DNA from: an uncultured Phycisphaerales bacterium
Lineage (GTDB): Bacteria > Planctomycetota > Phycisphaerae > Tepidisphaerales > Tepidisphaeraceae
Reading direction: 5' to 3'
DNA: 64,000 bases
NCBI GenBank assembly: GCA_963755915.1
Contig: CAVWLP010000002.1
Coordinates: 1,792,001-1,856,000 of the forward strand
Within the stretch, counting starts at the first letter, position 1; each line of letters begins with the position of its first letter. The notes below the pieces were generated by a model. That model was given only the letters and a program-made list of their open reading frames with translations, made no database searches and was not told where the DNA came from. The position numbers and the translations under genes were made by a program. Of this stretch, positions 33,501 to 44,765 are shown in pieces.

Positions 33501-35185
33501 TCAGGCTCGGCGTCGGCGTCGCATGAGGCCAAACGCCCCGATGCCCAGGAGGGCAATCGACCCAGGCTCGGGGACGGAGGTAATAATCACCGCATTGCCG
33601 GAATCTCCGACGTTGGGACCTCCGATAAACGTGTAATCCACATCCACGGCGAGATAGTCGTCGCTAAGCGAGCTCTTCAAATAGTCGTTGTTGCTGCCCA
33701 GAGGATTCCAAATGAAGTCGTTGACCACCGCTGGTTCACCGTCAATGTTGACAGTGTCGCTGTCGTCGGGAGTGCTGCTGGCAGAGGTGGAGAGAACCAG
33801 TTGCGGACTGGTGTCGCCCGGCTGCCAGAGGAGTATCGCCTCGGTGGCATCGGCGGCCGACGTTCCCTGCGGCCCGAGCAATGCCGGAAACGCGACCGCG
33901 CCGTTTGAATTCACATCGGGATACCAGTCATCGGCGCTTTCCTGAAGAGAGATGATTGGCAGGCTCGGCTCCGACGGGTCTACCGCCAAGGCGGTGTTTG
34001 GGATCGGACCCGATGCCGGCGCTTCGGAGGCGATTGTCGCCGCCACCGTGCTGGGAACCGCGAGGTTTCCATATTGAATCGTATCGGTGGGCGTATTGGG
34101 TAATCCCGGAATCATCGCGGCGAACTGTCCGTTGGGGGTTAACTGTCCGTAAAACGGATTGCTCCCCGACACCTGTGAAAACTCGTTGGCGATGATCGAT
34201 CTGGGGGCTCCGCCTCCGACGCTCAGTACCACGTTTTCTTTGTTCGTGGTGGTGTCGTGGACCTCGATGACCACTGCCTGATTCAAGCCATTGACACCGC
34301 TGGTGTATCCGACGATGGGCTGGGGTATCTGGTTGATGGGGAGGGTATAGTTCGCTCCGAGAGAAATTGGCGTCGCCGATCCCCCACCTGTTGGGATCAG
34401 ATAGACATTGGGCGTGCTTCCCGAGAATAAAACGGCGGCGCTGGAACCATCGGCGCCCTCGCCCATGCGGTAATCGTCGTCGATGTTCTGAGTGACGCCG
34501 GCGGTGGGGCTGGTAAAGACGGTGGTGGGCGGCGGGGTCGATTGCCCGTACTGAATTACATTCTGAGACGACTTTGTGACCGCGGGGAACAACACATTGC
34601 TTGACGTGTTGACCTGATACTGGAAGTTTCCGGAGGAGTCGTCCGCCACCTGCTGATAACCCGCAATGTCGTTCTGGAAGGCGACATCGCTGGTGTTGCC
34701 GGATAAGGTGTCATATTGCAGGACACCCTGGTCGCTGGTCGCGTCCTGCAATTCGCCATAGAAAGTCAAAACCGGGTCGAGGGAGTTTCCGGAAATGGCA
34801 ATGTTCGCAAATTCACTGAACTGATTTCCCCCCGAAGATTGTTGCGACGGCGTGAATCCCGTGACCGTATAATTTTGCCCATCGAGGGCGACGGAGGTTG
34901 AATAACCCAAAAGTCCCGGCGTCGAATAGAGCACGGCCGGGTCCTCGCCGTTGACGTTAAAGATCGCGCCGAGATGCCAACGTCCCCCTGGTTGTTAACG
35001 GCGATCTGCCCAACACCGAGGAGGGTGTCGCCGCCGATGTCGACGGTGTCGCCTACATTGGTGACGGTGGTGAAGGTGAAAGGGGGAGCCGCCAGTGCGA
35101 CGCCGGCAATTCCCACAACACCGGCAACCACAAGACGAGTAACCGCGTCACAAGCCCCACCGCCGACAATCCATCGCCTTTTCAT
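33501..35185 (-). CDS. PEP-CTERM exosortase-target protein (frameshift near 34950-34980)
   Basis: Signal peptide in ORF 34766..35185; VPEPGSIALLGIGAFGLMRRRRRA C-terminus. Confidence 0.88.
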
Positions 35186-35543
35186 GATTCTGCCCTCCGG
35201 TTCCGAGTGATCCGTTCCTTGACTTGACTGGCAACCGCCATTTTATGCAGCCGATCGGCGATTTCCACCTAAAAACATAATAATTTTCGCAAACGGAGAT
35301 ACGATTGTCGCAAAAGCAGGAAATCGACACGCAAATTTTGCCTTCCCGGCCTCGGGGGCTTGAATGGCCACAACTGTAATATTATTTTTTTCTAAGCCGG
35401 AGTCGGTATATACGGTTGCGCATTTCGTAGAATTGAGGCGCGTTTACCTTCGGGAACGCCGATCGCCGGACTTGTTGGCGGCGAGGTGTGCTCGAATCAC
35501 GGGCTGGTGAACGCCCGCTTTCCATTACGTTTGTCCCCCCAGA

Positions 35544-35597
35544 CAAGACTTCATGGGCAAGACTTCATGGGCAGGACTTCATGGGCAGGACTTGATG
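35544..35597 (+). repeat. 14-bp tandem repeat, about 3.9 copies, spanning the kinase start
   Basis: CAAGACTTCATGGG x2, CAGGACTTCATGGG, CAGGACTTGATG. Confidence 0.9.
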
Positions 35598-38500
35598 TTC
35601 CAGGCCAATCAGCGCGTCGGTGAATACGTGCTCGATAGTCTCGTAGCGCAGACCCCCTATGCGGAGGAGTGGCGCGCGCACCACCATGCCTGGTCAGACC
35701 AGCTTGCGCTGGTGAAAATTCCCACGGATGCGCAGTACGTAAGCAATTTGCAGCAAGAGGGGGTGCGGCTACATCGGCTGGTCCATCCGAACATCCTCTG
35801 CCCGCTGGGGTTCGATCCGAAGGGGCAGCCGCCGTATCTGATCACCGAATTTATCCCCGGGGAAACGCTGCGGCAGTGGATCGCCGGCAAAAAACTCAGC
35901 GTCGATAAATCGGTGAACATTTTGCGCCAGGTGCTGGAAGCGCTGCGTTTCGGACATGAGCGGCAGATCGTTCACGGGGATGTGCGGCCGGAGAACATTC
36001 TGCTGGAGACCAGCGCGGCCGCGGGCGACTTCGCCGCCAGCGGCTCGGTCAAGCTGACCGATTTTGGCGTCGGTCAGGCTGCGACGGCGACGGTCACGCG
36101 CGACGCGGCCGCCAAGGCGCAGCCGCAGCGCGGGTCGCTCGCCTATGTGGCGCCCGAGCAGCGGGACGGGGCTGCGCCGGACGTGAAATCGGATATCTAT
36201 TCCGTTGGCGTCGTGCTTTTTGAAATGCTCACCGGCGAACCGCCGAGCGGCGCCGAGCTTCCCAGCGAATTGAATTCCGATGTTCCTGCATCGCTGGATG
36301 ACACCTTTAAGAAGGCCTATGCCCGCCGCGACCGCCGATTTGAATCGGCGAAGGCGTTCCTCGATGCACTGGCGCCGGGGGTGCGTCACAGCCGGTTTTC
36401 CAGGCGCCGTCGCCGGCGGCTGCGCCGGTTGAAACCGAGCTGAAATTTCGCGAAGCCGATATTCCTGTCGCCCCAGTGGCAGAGACAGTAGAGCCTGAAT
36501 CCGAGGCCGGGGGTGAGCTGAGCCTGAAATCTGACGACGATTATTCACCGCCGGCCTTCGCGTCTGAGGACGAAGCCGCCGCCGAGGCTGCGGAACCCCT
36601 CGCCGACGAACCAGCGCCGGCCACTGACGAGCAGCTTGAGGAGCAACAGGAAGCCGGCGCCGACACGGCGGTTACGCCCGAAGAACAAACGGGGGGCGAG
36701 CCGGTCATCCCGCCGATTCCGCGCGTTACCTCCCGCGCCGATCGCGATGCGCTCTTCGACGAAATCAGCAAAAAGCAGGTCCGCAGCGTGGAGGAATTGC
36801 GAAACGCTCTCAAGGGCTACTTCGAAATCCGCGACATGGACCAGGGCGAATCCGCGAACATCCGCCTCCGGCTGATCCGCTGGGCGAACGCCTTGGCCGG
36901 CGGGAGCGCCGAGGTCGAAAACGGGATTTCGCTCATCAACGCGGCGGCAAGGCCCCTGTACATCGTCAAGCTGCTGATTCGCAGCACCCGCGGCGACGAA
37001 CCGGAGCGATCGCAAACCCTGGAACATCTGATTGCCCCACAGGCGGGGTCGATGCTGCGCTCGGCCGATTACCGTCTCCTCGCCCATTTTTCCTCCGGCG
37101 CGCTCAATGAAAAGCTTCTGGAAACGATCGCCAGCGCGCCGCTGCGGGCCGCCGTCATCAACCTTACGCGCGACAGCCGGCGGGAATTTTTCGGGAGAAT
37201 TCAGCGCGAAGACCTGCTGATCTACCGCGCCAACGTCATCACGGCGGCGTACCGATTTGATAAGAAGAAATATCGGGCGTTCCTGGTGGGCAATGGGTTG
37301 AGCATCGTGTCGGCGGGGGAGCCGTTCACGAAGATTCGGCAGGAGCCGACGAAGCGGGCGGCGACGCTTCTCAATGGGGAGCAGATTCACCAGGGGATGA
37401 AAGAGCTTCGCCGGGCCCTCGACGACTCGCAATGGGAAAGCAAGGCCAACGGAATCCTGGGCGCATGGCGCGGCAAGCTTGCGGCGGCGTATGTCGCGGA
37501 GGCGAAGGCGCAGTTCAAATCGTTCGGGTGGCTGGAAAGCCTGGAATATTCCGCGAAGGCGGGGCAGCTTGTTCCGGGGCAGGAAGACGCGATTCAACAC
37601 GCCCTGCTGGTGCGAAAGCGGATTGGAAATCTTCAGGTTCTGCCTGGAACCTTTATCGCGGTGGTGCTGGTCGGGCTGGCGGTTCTGGTCGGGCTTTTGT
37701 TTCCCGACCAGATCAACCAGGCGACGACGATGAAGGCCAAGTGGATCCAGATCGCGCAAAATCCGCTCCTGGCGGCGGGCGTGGCGGCGTGGATTGCGAC
37801 GCTCTGGTCGGCGTCGGTGCTGAAATCGCGCCTGGCGCGCACGGATTTCGCGTTTTACCAGGCGGCGGTTTTTCCGCTGCTGGTGGCGCTGGCGATCGCG
37901 TTTGTGAATTACAAGAGCCCGGTGCGCGCGTCGATTTGCGGGGCGCTGCTTGTCGCCGTTGTCGTGGCGGACGTGGTGGTGTTTAAGAAGTTTCGGCGAT
38001 ATCTGATCCGGCCTATCGACGAGGGGAGCTTTCCCGGCGATGGGCTGACGGTGCTGAATCGCATTGAGTCGATGCTCAACGAAGACTGGGAGAGGATAAA
38101 GCCGCACTACATGGAGCTGGGGCCGCTGTACAGCTATACGTCGGTTCATGCGGCGGAGGGGGCGATGGGGGAGTTGATGCAGGAGCCGGAAACTTCCGGC
38201 GGGTCGAGCGACGATACTGCCGGGGGCACGGTTACCGGTAGTTGGCATGCGGCGCCGGCGCCGGCCTCGTCGGAGCCGATTGAGACGGGCAATCCGGAAA
38301 TCGACCGGCTGGCGGCGCAGATGAATGCGCGGATTTCGGCGAACCTTCGCGTTCTCGCGCCGGCGGCGCGAGTGCTCATGACGCTGTTCGGGGAATACAC
38401 GAAGGCGGTGAACAATCACCAGATCGGGATGGCGCAGTCGAACGCGGCGAAGATCGAGCAGAAGGGGAAGGACCTGGCGGCGAAGCTGGCGGATTTTGAC

Positions 38501-38728
38501 CGGCTGTGCCGGTCGCCGTTGACATTGAATGCGGGGGATGCCGCGGACCTGGCGAAAGAGGCTGGGGAGCGGCTGGCGGCGCGCAGCGAGGATCCGGACG
38601 TGCAGCTTTTGAAATCGCTGGCGGATCGGGCGAAGGATTTTCGAAACGACCAGGTTGGGGCGGCTTCGGACATCGCGGCGATTGCTTCGGAAGTGGATGC
38701 TGCGGTGGAGCGGCTGAAGAAGGGGTGA
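35595..38728 (+). CDS. Hanks-type Ser/Thr protein kinase with acidic linker, four TM helices and helical C-terminus (frameshifts near 36390-36480)
   Basis: ALVKIP, HPNIL, HGDVRPEN, KLTDFG, YVAPEQ, SDIYSVG; ORFs 35553..36443 and 36476..38728 probably one gene. Confidence 0.8.
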
Positions 38729-38765
38729 GGGGCGAAAAAAAGTCCTCGCGGCTGATTGAGTTTGG

Positions 38766-39002
38766 TTGGGGCTTCTAACGATCGAGGATCCGCGTGTGGC
38801 CACTTCATATGCGATTGAAGCGATCCGGGTGTTCGACCATCTGCATTTCAGATCCAATATGGAAGAGGCTTCGACCACGAAGGACAACAACATCCTGACC
38901 CTGCAAAAGCCAACGGCGATCAGCGGCAAGCCGGCGTGGTTTGAAGATTATTATATTGCGGGGAGCCAGAAGGAAAAGGATAGGCTGTTGTTTTCGCATT
39001 GA
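38766..39002 (+). pseudogene. C-terminal fragment resembling a phospholipase D-like protein
   Basis: LLTIEDPRVATSYAIEAIRVFDHLHFR..WFEDYY..KDRLLF recalls the tail of PLD-domain proteins; no HKD motif and no good start. Confidence 0.45.
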
Positions 39003-39100
39003 GTGGGGGCAGGTGATTCGGGGGCGCGACGCGCTCGCCTTTTGGGTTGGGGGGAAATGGTAGCAGGCGCGATGCCGAGTCGCGACCTGATATGGGGGAC

Positions 39101-39722
39101 TCAAGTTACAGCCGGTCGGTGCATGGCGCATGGCCATGTCAGCCAAGGTTTGAAGCTCGCCGCGCGTCGTTCCGCTGGCGGCCTGAATGGATAAGCCGTG
39201 GACCAGCGCGGTAATGAACCGGGCCAAATCCGCGGCGCTGACGGTGCGGGCAAGATCGCCCTGGGCCTGGGCCCGCTGCAATCGATTGCGGATGGCGGTT
39301 TCTGTGGCCAGGCGGCGGGCGACGATCTCGCGGCGGACGGGGTCGGTTGCGTCGCCGCAGGGCGGAACGCCCTGCATCAGCAGGCAACCGCGCGGGTGAT
39401 TCCTGTCCGACAGGAATTGGACGGCCCCGCGGAAAATGTGCCGGATGACCTGCGTGGCAGTGGGCTTGCGGAGGGCGACGGCGATGAAAGTGGCCTCGCC
39501 GCGGGCGTAGCGATCGAGAACGCGGCGAAAAAGCTGCTCCTTATTTCCAAACGCGGCGTAGAGGCTGGGGCGATTGATGCCCATGGCCCGGGTCAAATCG
39601 GGCAGCGACGCGGATTCATAGCCTTTGCGCCAAAAGACTTCCATGGCCCGCTGAAGGGCGCGCTCGGGGTCGAACTGGCGCGGACGGCCTATTTGTTTTG
39701 GCGAGGCCCGTCTGAGTTTCAT
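39101..39722 (-). CDS. TetR/AcrR family regulator (true stop uncertain, ORF reads through to 38805)
   Basis: GRPRQFD, FWRKGYE, GINRPSLYAAFGNKEQLF, PRGCL. Confidence 0.9.
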
Positions 39723-39744
39723 ACCAGTTAGTACAATAATCCAC

Positions 39745-39801
39745 TTGACAAAGTTCGTCCACCGGAAATAGTGTTGGGGGTATATTTTTTACCGATCGGT
39801 A
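39745..39801 (+). promoter_or_regulatory. SDR promoter and TetR operator
   Basis: TTGACA-N18-TAGTGT; perfect palindrome TACCGATCGGTA at 39790-39801; degenerate copy TACCAGTTAGTA at the tetR start. Confidence 0.75.
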
Positions 39802-39825
39802 CATAACTCATTCAAGGAGATCGAT

Positions 39826-40578
39826 ATGGCCGGGAAACTGGAAGGAAAAGTGGCGGTGGTGACGGGGGCATCGAAGGGGATCGGCGCGGCGATCGCGGTG
39901 CAACTGGCGCGGGAGGGGGCGGCGGTCGTCGTGAATTACAGCTCGAGCAAAGAGGCTGCCGATGGCGTGGTGGCTGAGATCAAGGGTCTGGACCGGAAGG
40001 CGATCGCGGTGCAGGCGAGCATCGCCAATGAGAGCGACGTGAAGAGGCTGTTTGCGGAGACGAAGAAGGCGTTTGGGAGGCTCGATATCCTGGTGAACAA
40101 TGCTGGGATTTACGAGTTTGTGCCGCTGGAAAATGTCACGGCCGAGCATTTCCACAAGCTGTTTGATCTCAACGTGCTGGGGCTGTTGCTGGCGTCGCGG
40201 GAGGCTTGCAAACTGATCGGCCCTGAGGGCGGGAGCATCGTGAACATTTCCTCGGTGGTCTCGACGCTGGGCGTGCCGAGCGGCAGCGTGTACAGCGCGA
40301 CGAAGGCGGCAGTGGACGCGGTGACGCGCTCGCTGGCGAAGGAATTCGGTCCGCGCAAAATCCGGGTGAACTCGATTAATCCCGGCATGGTTGAAACCGA
40401 CGGGCTCAAAGCGGCGGGGATGCAGGAAAGCGACTTCCGCAAGATGGTGGAAGCGCAGACGCCGCTGGGGAGAATCGGGCAGCCGCGGGATGTTGCGCCG
40501 GCGGTGGTGTTTCTGGCGTCGCCGGATGCGGATTGGATTACGGGGGAGACGCTGTTTATCAGCGGGGGGTATCGGTAA
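39826..40578 (+). CDS. Short-chain dehydrogenase/reductase (FabG/glucose 1-dehydrogenase-like)
   Basis: TGASKGIG, NNAG, YSATK, NSINPG. Confidence 0.95.
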   Translation: MAGKLEGKVAVVTGASKGIGAAIAVQLAREGAAVVVNYSSSKEAADGVVAEIKGLDRKAIAVQASIANESDVKRLFAETKKAFGRLDILVNNAGIYEFVPLENVTAEHFHKLFDLNVLGLLLASREACKLIGPEGGSIVNISSVVSTLGVPSGSVYSATKAAVDAVTRSLAKEFGPRKIRVNSINPGMVETDGLKAAGMQESDFRKMVEAQTPLGRIGQPRDVAPAVVFLASPDADWITGETLFISGGYR

Positions 40579-40583
40579 ACGGG

Positions 40584-40620
40584 ACGCGCACCCCTGCGGG
40601 GTTGCGGCTAAACGGGAGTG
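40584..40620 (+). repeat. REP-like element, family A
   Basis: 33-nt identity with 23418-23450. Confidence 0.8.
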
Positions 40621-40677
40621 CGGATCATAAAGTTCGCTTCGTTTGAATCCGATTCTTTATGAGCATACGCTTAGTTG

Positions 40678-41724
40678 ATGAGTACCGTTGCGCCACCGCC
40701 GACGAATCTGACTGCTGCCGCCGCGGCGGTGCTGGCGCCGGCGAAGGTTAATGAATACAACCGGCTGCACCTGGATTATCGGCAGCCGATGCCGCGGCCG
40801 AAAGTTCGCGGGGCGGTGATTGATTATCACACACATCTGATTGCGGCCCGGCATGCGAAAGTTTGGTTTGAAACGGCGGATCATTACGGCATTGACGCGT
40901 TTGTGACGATGGCGCCGCTTGAAGAGGCGCTGGTGCTTCAGCGGGAGTGGCCGGGGAAGATTCAGTTCATTGCGGTGCCCTCGTGGCAGAATCCGTCGAT
41001 CGACGACTGGCTGCGCCGGCTGGAGATGTTTTACAACATGGGGGCGCGGATCATTAAGTTTCACATGGCGCCGGGGACGATCGCGATGCGGAAAATCCGA
41101 TTGGATTCGCCGGCGCTGCGGCCGGTGATCAAGGAGGCGGCCGATCGGGGGATGATCCTGATGAGCCATGTGGGGGATCCGGATACCTGGTACAACGGGA
41201 AGTATGCGGATGCCGCCAAGTATGGCACGCGCGAGGATCATTACGCGATGTGGGAGTGGGCGCTGGAGGAATATCGCGATCGGCCGTGGGTGGGGGCGCA
41301 CATGGGGGGAAATCCGGAGAATCTGCCGCGGCTTCAGAGATTGCTGGACAAGTTTCCGAATCTTTATTTGGACAACAGCGCTACCCGCTGGATGGTGCGG
41401 GAGCTGAGCGCGCGGCGGGATGCGGCGCGGGATTTCGTTATCCGTAACAGCGATCGGATTCTGTTTGGCACGGACCAGGTGAGCGGGGATGACCGGGGGT
41501 TTGATTTTCTGGCGAGCAGGTTTTGGGCGCACCGGAAGTTGTGGGAGACGGCTTATAATGGGCGGAGCCCGATTTTTGATCCGGATTTATCGGAGGAGAA
41601 TCAACCGATGCTGCGGGGGATGGCGCTGCCGGATGATGTACTGCAGAAGATTTATCATGATAACGTGGTGAAATTACTGGGGAGGGTGGGGATTGGAGTT
41701 GGGGATAGAGGGTTTGAGCAGTAG
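40678..41724 (+). CDS. Amidohydrolase family protein
   Basis: IDYHTH, KFH, SHVGD, AHMGG, RILFGTD, KIYHDN. Confidence 0.88.
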   Translation: MSTVAPPPTNLTAAAAAVLAPAKVNEYNRLHLDYRQPMPRPKVRGAVIDYHTHLIAARHAKVWFETADHYGIDAFVTMAPLEEALVLQREWPGKIQFIAVPSWQNPSIDDWLRRLEMFYNMGARIIKFHMAPGTIAMRKIRLDSPALRPVIKEAADRGMILMSHVGDPDTWYNGKYADAAKYGTREDHYAMWEWALEEYRDRPWVGAHMGGNPENLPRLQRLLDKFPNLYLDNSATRWMVRELSARRDAARDFVIRNSDRILFGTDQVSGDDRGFDFLASRFWAHRKLWETAYNGRSPIFDPDLSEENQPMLRGMALPDDVLQKIYHDNVVKLLGRVGIGVGDRGFEQ

Positions 41725-41743
41725 AAAACTTTTCCGGTTTCGA

Positions 41744-41782
41744 CCCCCTCCAACCCTCCCCCCGGAGTACCGGGGGTGGGGG
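41744..41782 (+). repeat. REP-like element, family B
   Basis: CCCTCCCCCCGGAGTACCGGGGGTGGGG. Confidence 0.8.
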
Positions 41783-41805
41783 CAAGTGGCAAGTGGGGGT
41801 AAGAC

Positions 41806-42054
41806 TCACTCTTCGGGCTCTTCCATCGGTTGCGACTGGATGGCGCCGTCTTCGGCTTTTGAAAGCAGGTCGATCTGTTTTTCGGCTGCGCCGAGGACTG
41901 CGCGGCAATGCTGGATCAGAAATGTTCCGCGCTCGTAGCGGGAGAGGCTTTCTTCAAGCCCCACCTGGCCGCCTTCGAGGTCGGCGAGGATTTTTTCCAG
42001 TTCGGCGATGGCTTCTTCAAACGATTTGGGCAGTGGCTGATTCTTCTTTCCCAT
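41806..42054 (-). CDS. xseB: Exodeoxyribonuclease VII small subunit
   Basis: SFEEAIAELEKI..LEESLSRYERG..C..L..AEKQI. Confidence 0.95.
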   Translation of the reverse strand: MGKKNQPLPKSFEEAIAELEKILADLEGGQVGLEESLSRYERGTFLIQHCRAVLGAAEKQIDLLSKAEDGAIQSQPMEEPEE

Positions 42055-42086
42055 CGGGTAAGATTATAGCGGATGGAGGTGCGGGC

Positions 42087-42242
42087 TTATTGTTCGGCGT
42101 TGGAATGAGGGAAATGGATGGGCGAGGCGCCCTGGAGAGGCCCGTAGGAGGGGGTGGCGGGGCTTTGGGCCATGGCCAGAAGCTTGGCATAGGCGGCCAG
42201 ACCAAAGAGAATGGCCATCGCAATGACAAAGGTCAATCGCAT
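42087..42242 (-). CDS. Small secreted or membrane peptide
   Basis: AGGAGG RBS; MRLTFVIAMAILFGLAAYA signal-like sequence; 51 aa. Confidence 0.5.
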   Translation of the reverse strand: MRLTFVIAMAILFGLAAYAKLLAMAQSPATPSYGPLQGASPIHFPHSNAEQ

Positions 42243-42473
42243 GTTCGCCTCCTGGCGATTTGAGCCCTGCACCCTGACCAAATTCTCAAACGCGGCTGGA
42301 GGTCTATTATTTCATGAGTGCCTGGGTTTCGGAAACATTATTTTCGGATGGCATTAAAAATATAAAGTCATATGCCTAAAGTGCTTGCAGTAGATTCGCC
42401 CCAGGTTAACGAAGTGAAACGGGGCAATATTTGGCTCCGATCTGCGTTAAACAAGTGACGATCGGAGTTGTGG

Positions 42474-43067
42474 ATGGACGCGCGCGTGCCACCAGAAGAT
42501 ACAACTCCGGTCAGCGATGAGTCGCTCGTGAGGCGGTTGCTCACCGGCGATGAATGGGCAGGCGAAGACCTCGCCAGGCGGCATTGCTCGTCGCTTTTGC
42601 GGTATCTTCAGCGGCTGGTTCGATCGGAACAGCTTGCCGAGGAATTGCATCAGCAGACGTGGACCAGCGTGCTGGAGAGCCTGGATAAGTTTGATCTGAC
42701 CTCCGGCGCGGGTGGGTTTAAAGCCTGGCTGTATCGCATCGCGACGAACAAGGCGCACGACCATTGGCGGTCGCAGGGCAGGGAAAAAAAGGTCAAGGAA
42801 GGGCTTCGACTTATCACGGACGAGTTGGCTCCGGACGCCGCCCATCGAATCGAAGGCGTCGAGGCCGAGGCAAAGCTGCGGGCGGCAATCGAATTGCTGC
42901 CTGACAATCAGAAGGAGATACTTCTTCTGAGATATTACGCGAACCTGAGGTTCGTGGAGATCGCCCAGATGCTGGGTTGCCCGCTGAACACGGCGCTGGG
43001 AAGAATGCACAAGGCAATGATCCGTCTGCGGCAGCTTCTGGCCGAGCCGATGGAGACAAAAAGCTGA
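42474..43067 (+). CDS. ECF RNA polymerase sigma factor
   Basis: AEELHQQTW, FKAWLYRIATN, LPDNQKEILLLRY..EIAQMLGCPLNT. Confidence 0.93.
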   Translation: MDARVPPEDTTPVSDESLVRRLLTGDEWAGEDLARRHCSSLLRYLQRLVRSEQLAEELHQQTWTSVLESLDKFDLTSGAGGFKAWLYRIATNKAHDHWRSQGREKKVKEGLRLITDELAPDAAHRIEGVEAEAKLRAAIELLPDNQKEILLLRYYANLRFVEIAQMLGCPLNTALGRMHKAMIRLRQLLAEPMETKS

Positions 43068-43098
43068 GAATGAATTGAAGCCCCAATGAATTGAAGTC

Positions 43099-43791
43099 AT
43101 GAAGAGCTATCTGCAACAACTCGAAAACAACGAAGCGATCCTGCTGATGTACCTGGCGGATGAGCTTCCTCCGGACGATCGGCAGGAAGTGGAGCAGATG
43201 CTGGCGTCGGATCCGAGCCTGCGGGCGGAGCTGGAGATTTTGCGGCAGACGCAGGAGCTGGCGTTCGACGCGCTGCGATCACTGGATGGGATGACGCGGC
43301 CGGTGATGATGCCGATGGCGGCGCAGCGGCGGGTGGGGGATCTGATCCGGCGATGGATCAATATCCACTACAAGCCGGCGGACGAGCTGGTAAGCAGCAG
43401 CCGGCAGTTGCCGTGGCGGCGCATCGGGGTTGCTATCGCGGCTTCGCTGATGATCGGGTTCTATATCTATACGGTCTATAACCAGAAACTAGGGCCCGAG
43501 GGCGGTGGTTCGAACCAGCCCGCGTTTAACGGGCCGAATGATCCGTTCGCGGACAATGAGCTGCCGACTTTGCCGCAGCATCGGGATCTGACTTCGGAGG
43601 AAAAACTGGCGCTGCTTTCGATTCCGCTGGATGATTCCGCGACTGACGAGTCGAATCTTCACGTGGCCGAAGTGGCATCGGTGACGCCCGCGGACGCTGA
43701 TTTCTCCAGTGACGGCAGCCGCGTCATCGATAATCATGCGGGCGATAATCATGCGGGCGATTCAAACAACAGCAATGTGGGGCAGCCATGA
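43099..43791 (+). CDS. Putative anti-sigma factor
   Basis: Directly follows the ECF gene; YLADELPPDDRQEVEQML N-terminal domain plus one TM helix. Confidence 0.75.
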   Translation: MKSYLQQLENNEAILLMYLADELPPDDRQEVEQMLASDPSLRAELEILRQTQELAFDALRSLDGMTRPVMMPMAAQRRVGDLIRRWINIHYKPADELVSSSRQLPWRRIGVAIAASLMIGFYIYTVYNQKLGPEGGGSNQPAFNGPNDPFADNELPTLPQHRDLTSEEKLALLSIPLDDSATDESNLHVAEVASVTPADADFSSDGSRVIDNHAGDNHAGDSNNSNVGQP

Positions 43792-44574
43792 AGGCGAAAT
43801 TGAGGGGTAGCATTCTTGCAGTAGGCATGGCGGTGATGGCTTGCGCCGGGGTGTGGGCGGATGTGCCGGCGACGCAGCCGACGGCGTCGGTTTCGACGAC
43901 GCGTCCCTCGCCGCTGAATATGGGACAGTGGCGGCGTGCGTGGGCGCTTACTGCCGGGCGAACCGCGGGGATCCGTCCTTACACGCAGGAAGAGTGGAAC
44001 GACATGATGGCCTTCATGCGGGTCAACTCTCCGGCGCTGGCGGGTTCTGTCGAGCCTGCAGCTTCGGCCGAACGCTCCGATTCGCCTCGACGCGATCCGG
44101 CGGTGGCGGAATTTCACTTTCACGAAGGACCATTTTCCGGACGTTGCCGACCAGCTCGTGAAGCGGGTCCGTCTGGAGGATGATCTTTTTGCTTTGACGA
44201 TGGACGCGCAGTCGAGCGGGGAGGCCGACAGCGCTTCGATCCGCGAAAAAATCCGCGATAAGATCGCCGAGATCGTCAACCTGGATTTCTCGGAGCGGCA
44301 GACGCGCATCGAGAAGCTGGAAAAGATGCTGGACGACGAAAAGACCCGGCTGGCGGCGGATCAGTCGTCGGTGGATAAGATCATCGATCGCCGAACCGAT
44401 CAGATCATGAATCGTTTGGACGGTCTGAATCGCGAACTCTCTTCGCCCACCACGCGGCCGACGCTGACAGAAGAGGCGAACGAAAACGAGGCCGCGCCGA
44501 ACAGTGCCGCGCCGGCGAATGCCGCGGAGGTGGACGTCGACAGCGCCGCCACCTCGACACCGCCTCAGAAATAG
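43788..44574 (+). CDS. Secreted helical protein of the ECF operon (frameshifted near 44040-44090)
   Basis: ATGA overlap, signal peptide, ATQP motif, coiled-coil body; ORFs 43788..44183 and 44158..44574 joined. Confidence 0.65.
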
Positions 44575-44632
44575 GCCAATCCGGCCGTAAATTCGCTACC
44601 TAAATGATGTTTCGTGTTTCTGGGCCAGGGGG

Positions 44633-44660
44633 ACGCGCCCCGCAAGCGGGGCTGCTAAAC
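44633..44660 (+). repeat. REP-like element, family A variant
   Basis: ACGCGCCCCGCAAGCGGGGCTGCTAAAC. Confidence 0.7.
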
Positions 44661-44765
44661 TTGGCGATCGATGCCTGGTCCAGACATCCCGCAACACTAT
44701 TTAGTCTTTCAATCTCCACCTCTTTGATTTATCGCCTCTGACTGATTACAGGGAGAGGGGACCCA

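Noticed and set aside
35544-35597. CRISPR-like repeat
   Set aside because: The 14-bp units are contiguous with no spacers, and there are no cas genes in the window.
36545-38929. Long antisense ORFs (794 aa here; also 8507..9598, 10442..11656, 47724..48959, 55992..57176)
   Set aside because: Shadow ORFs caused by high GC content, lying opposite genes with clear motifs.
43729-43761. 15-bp duplication (DNHAG x2) in the anti-sigma gene
   Set aside because: In-frame duplication in a low-complexity tail with no evident significance.
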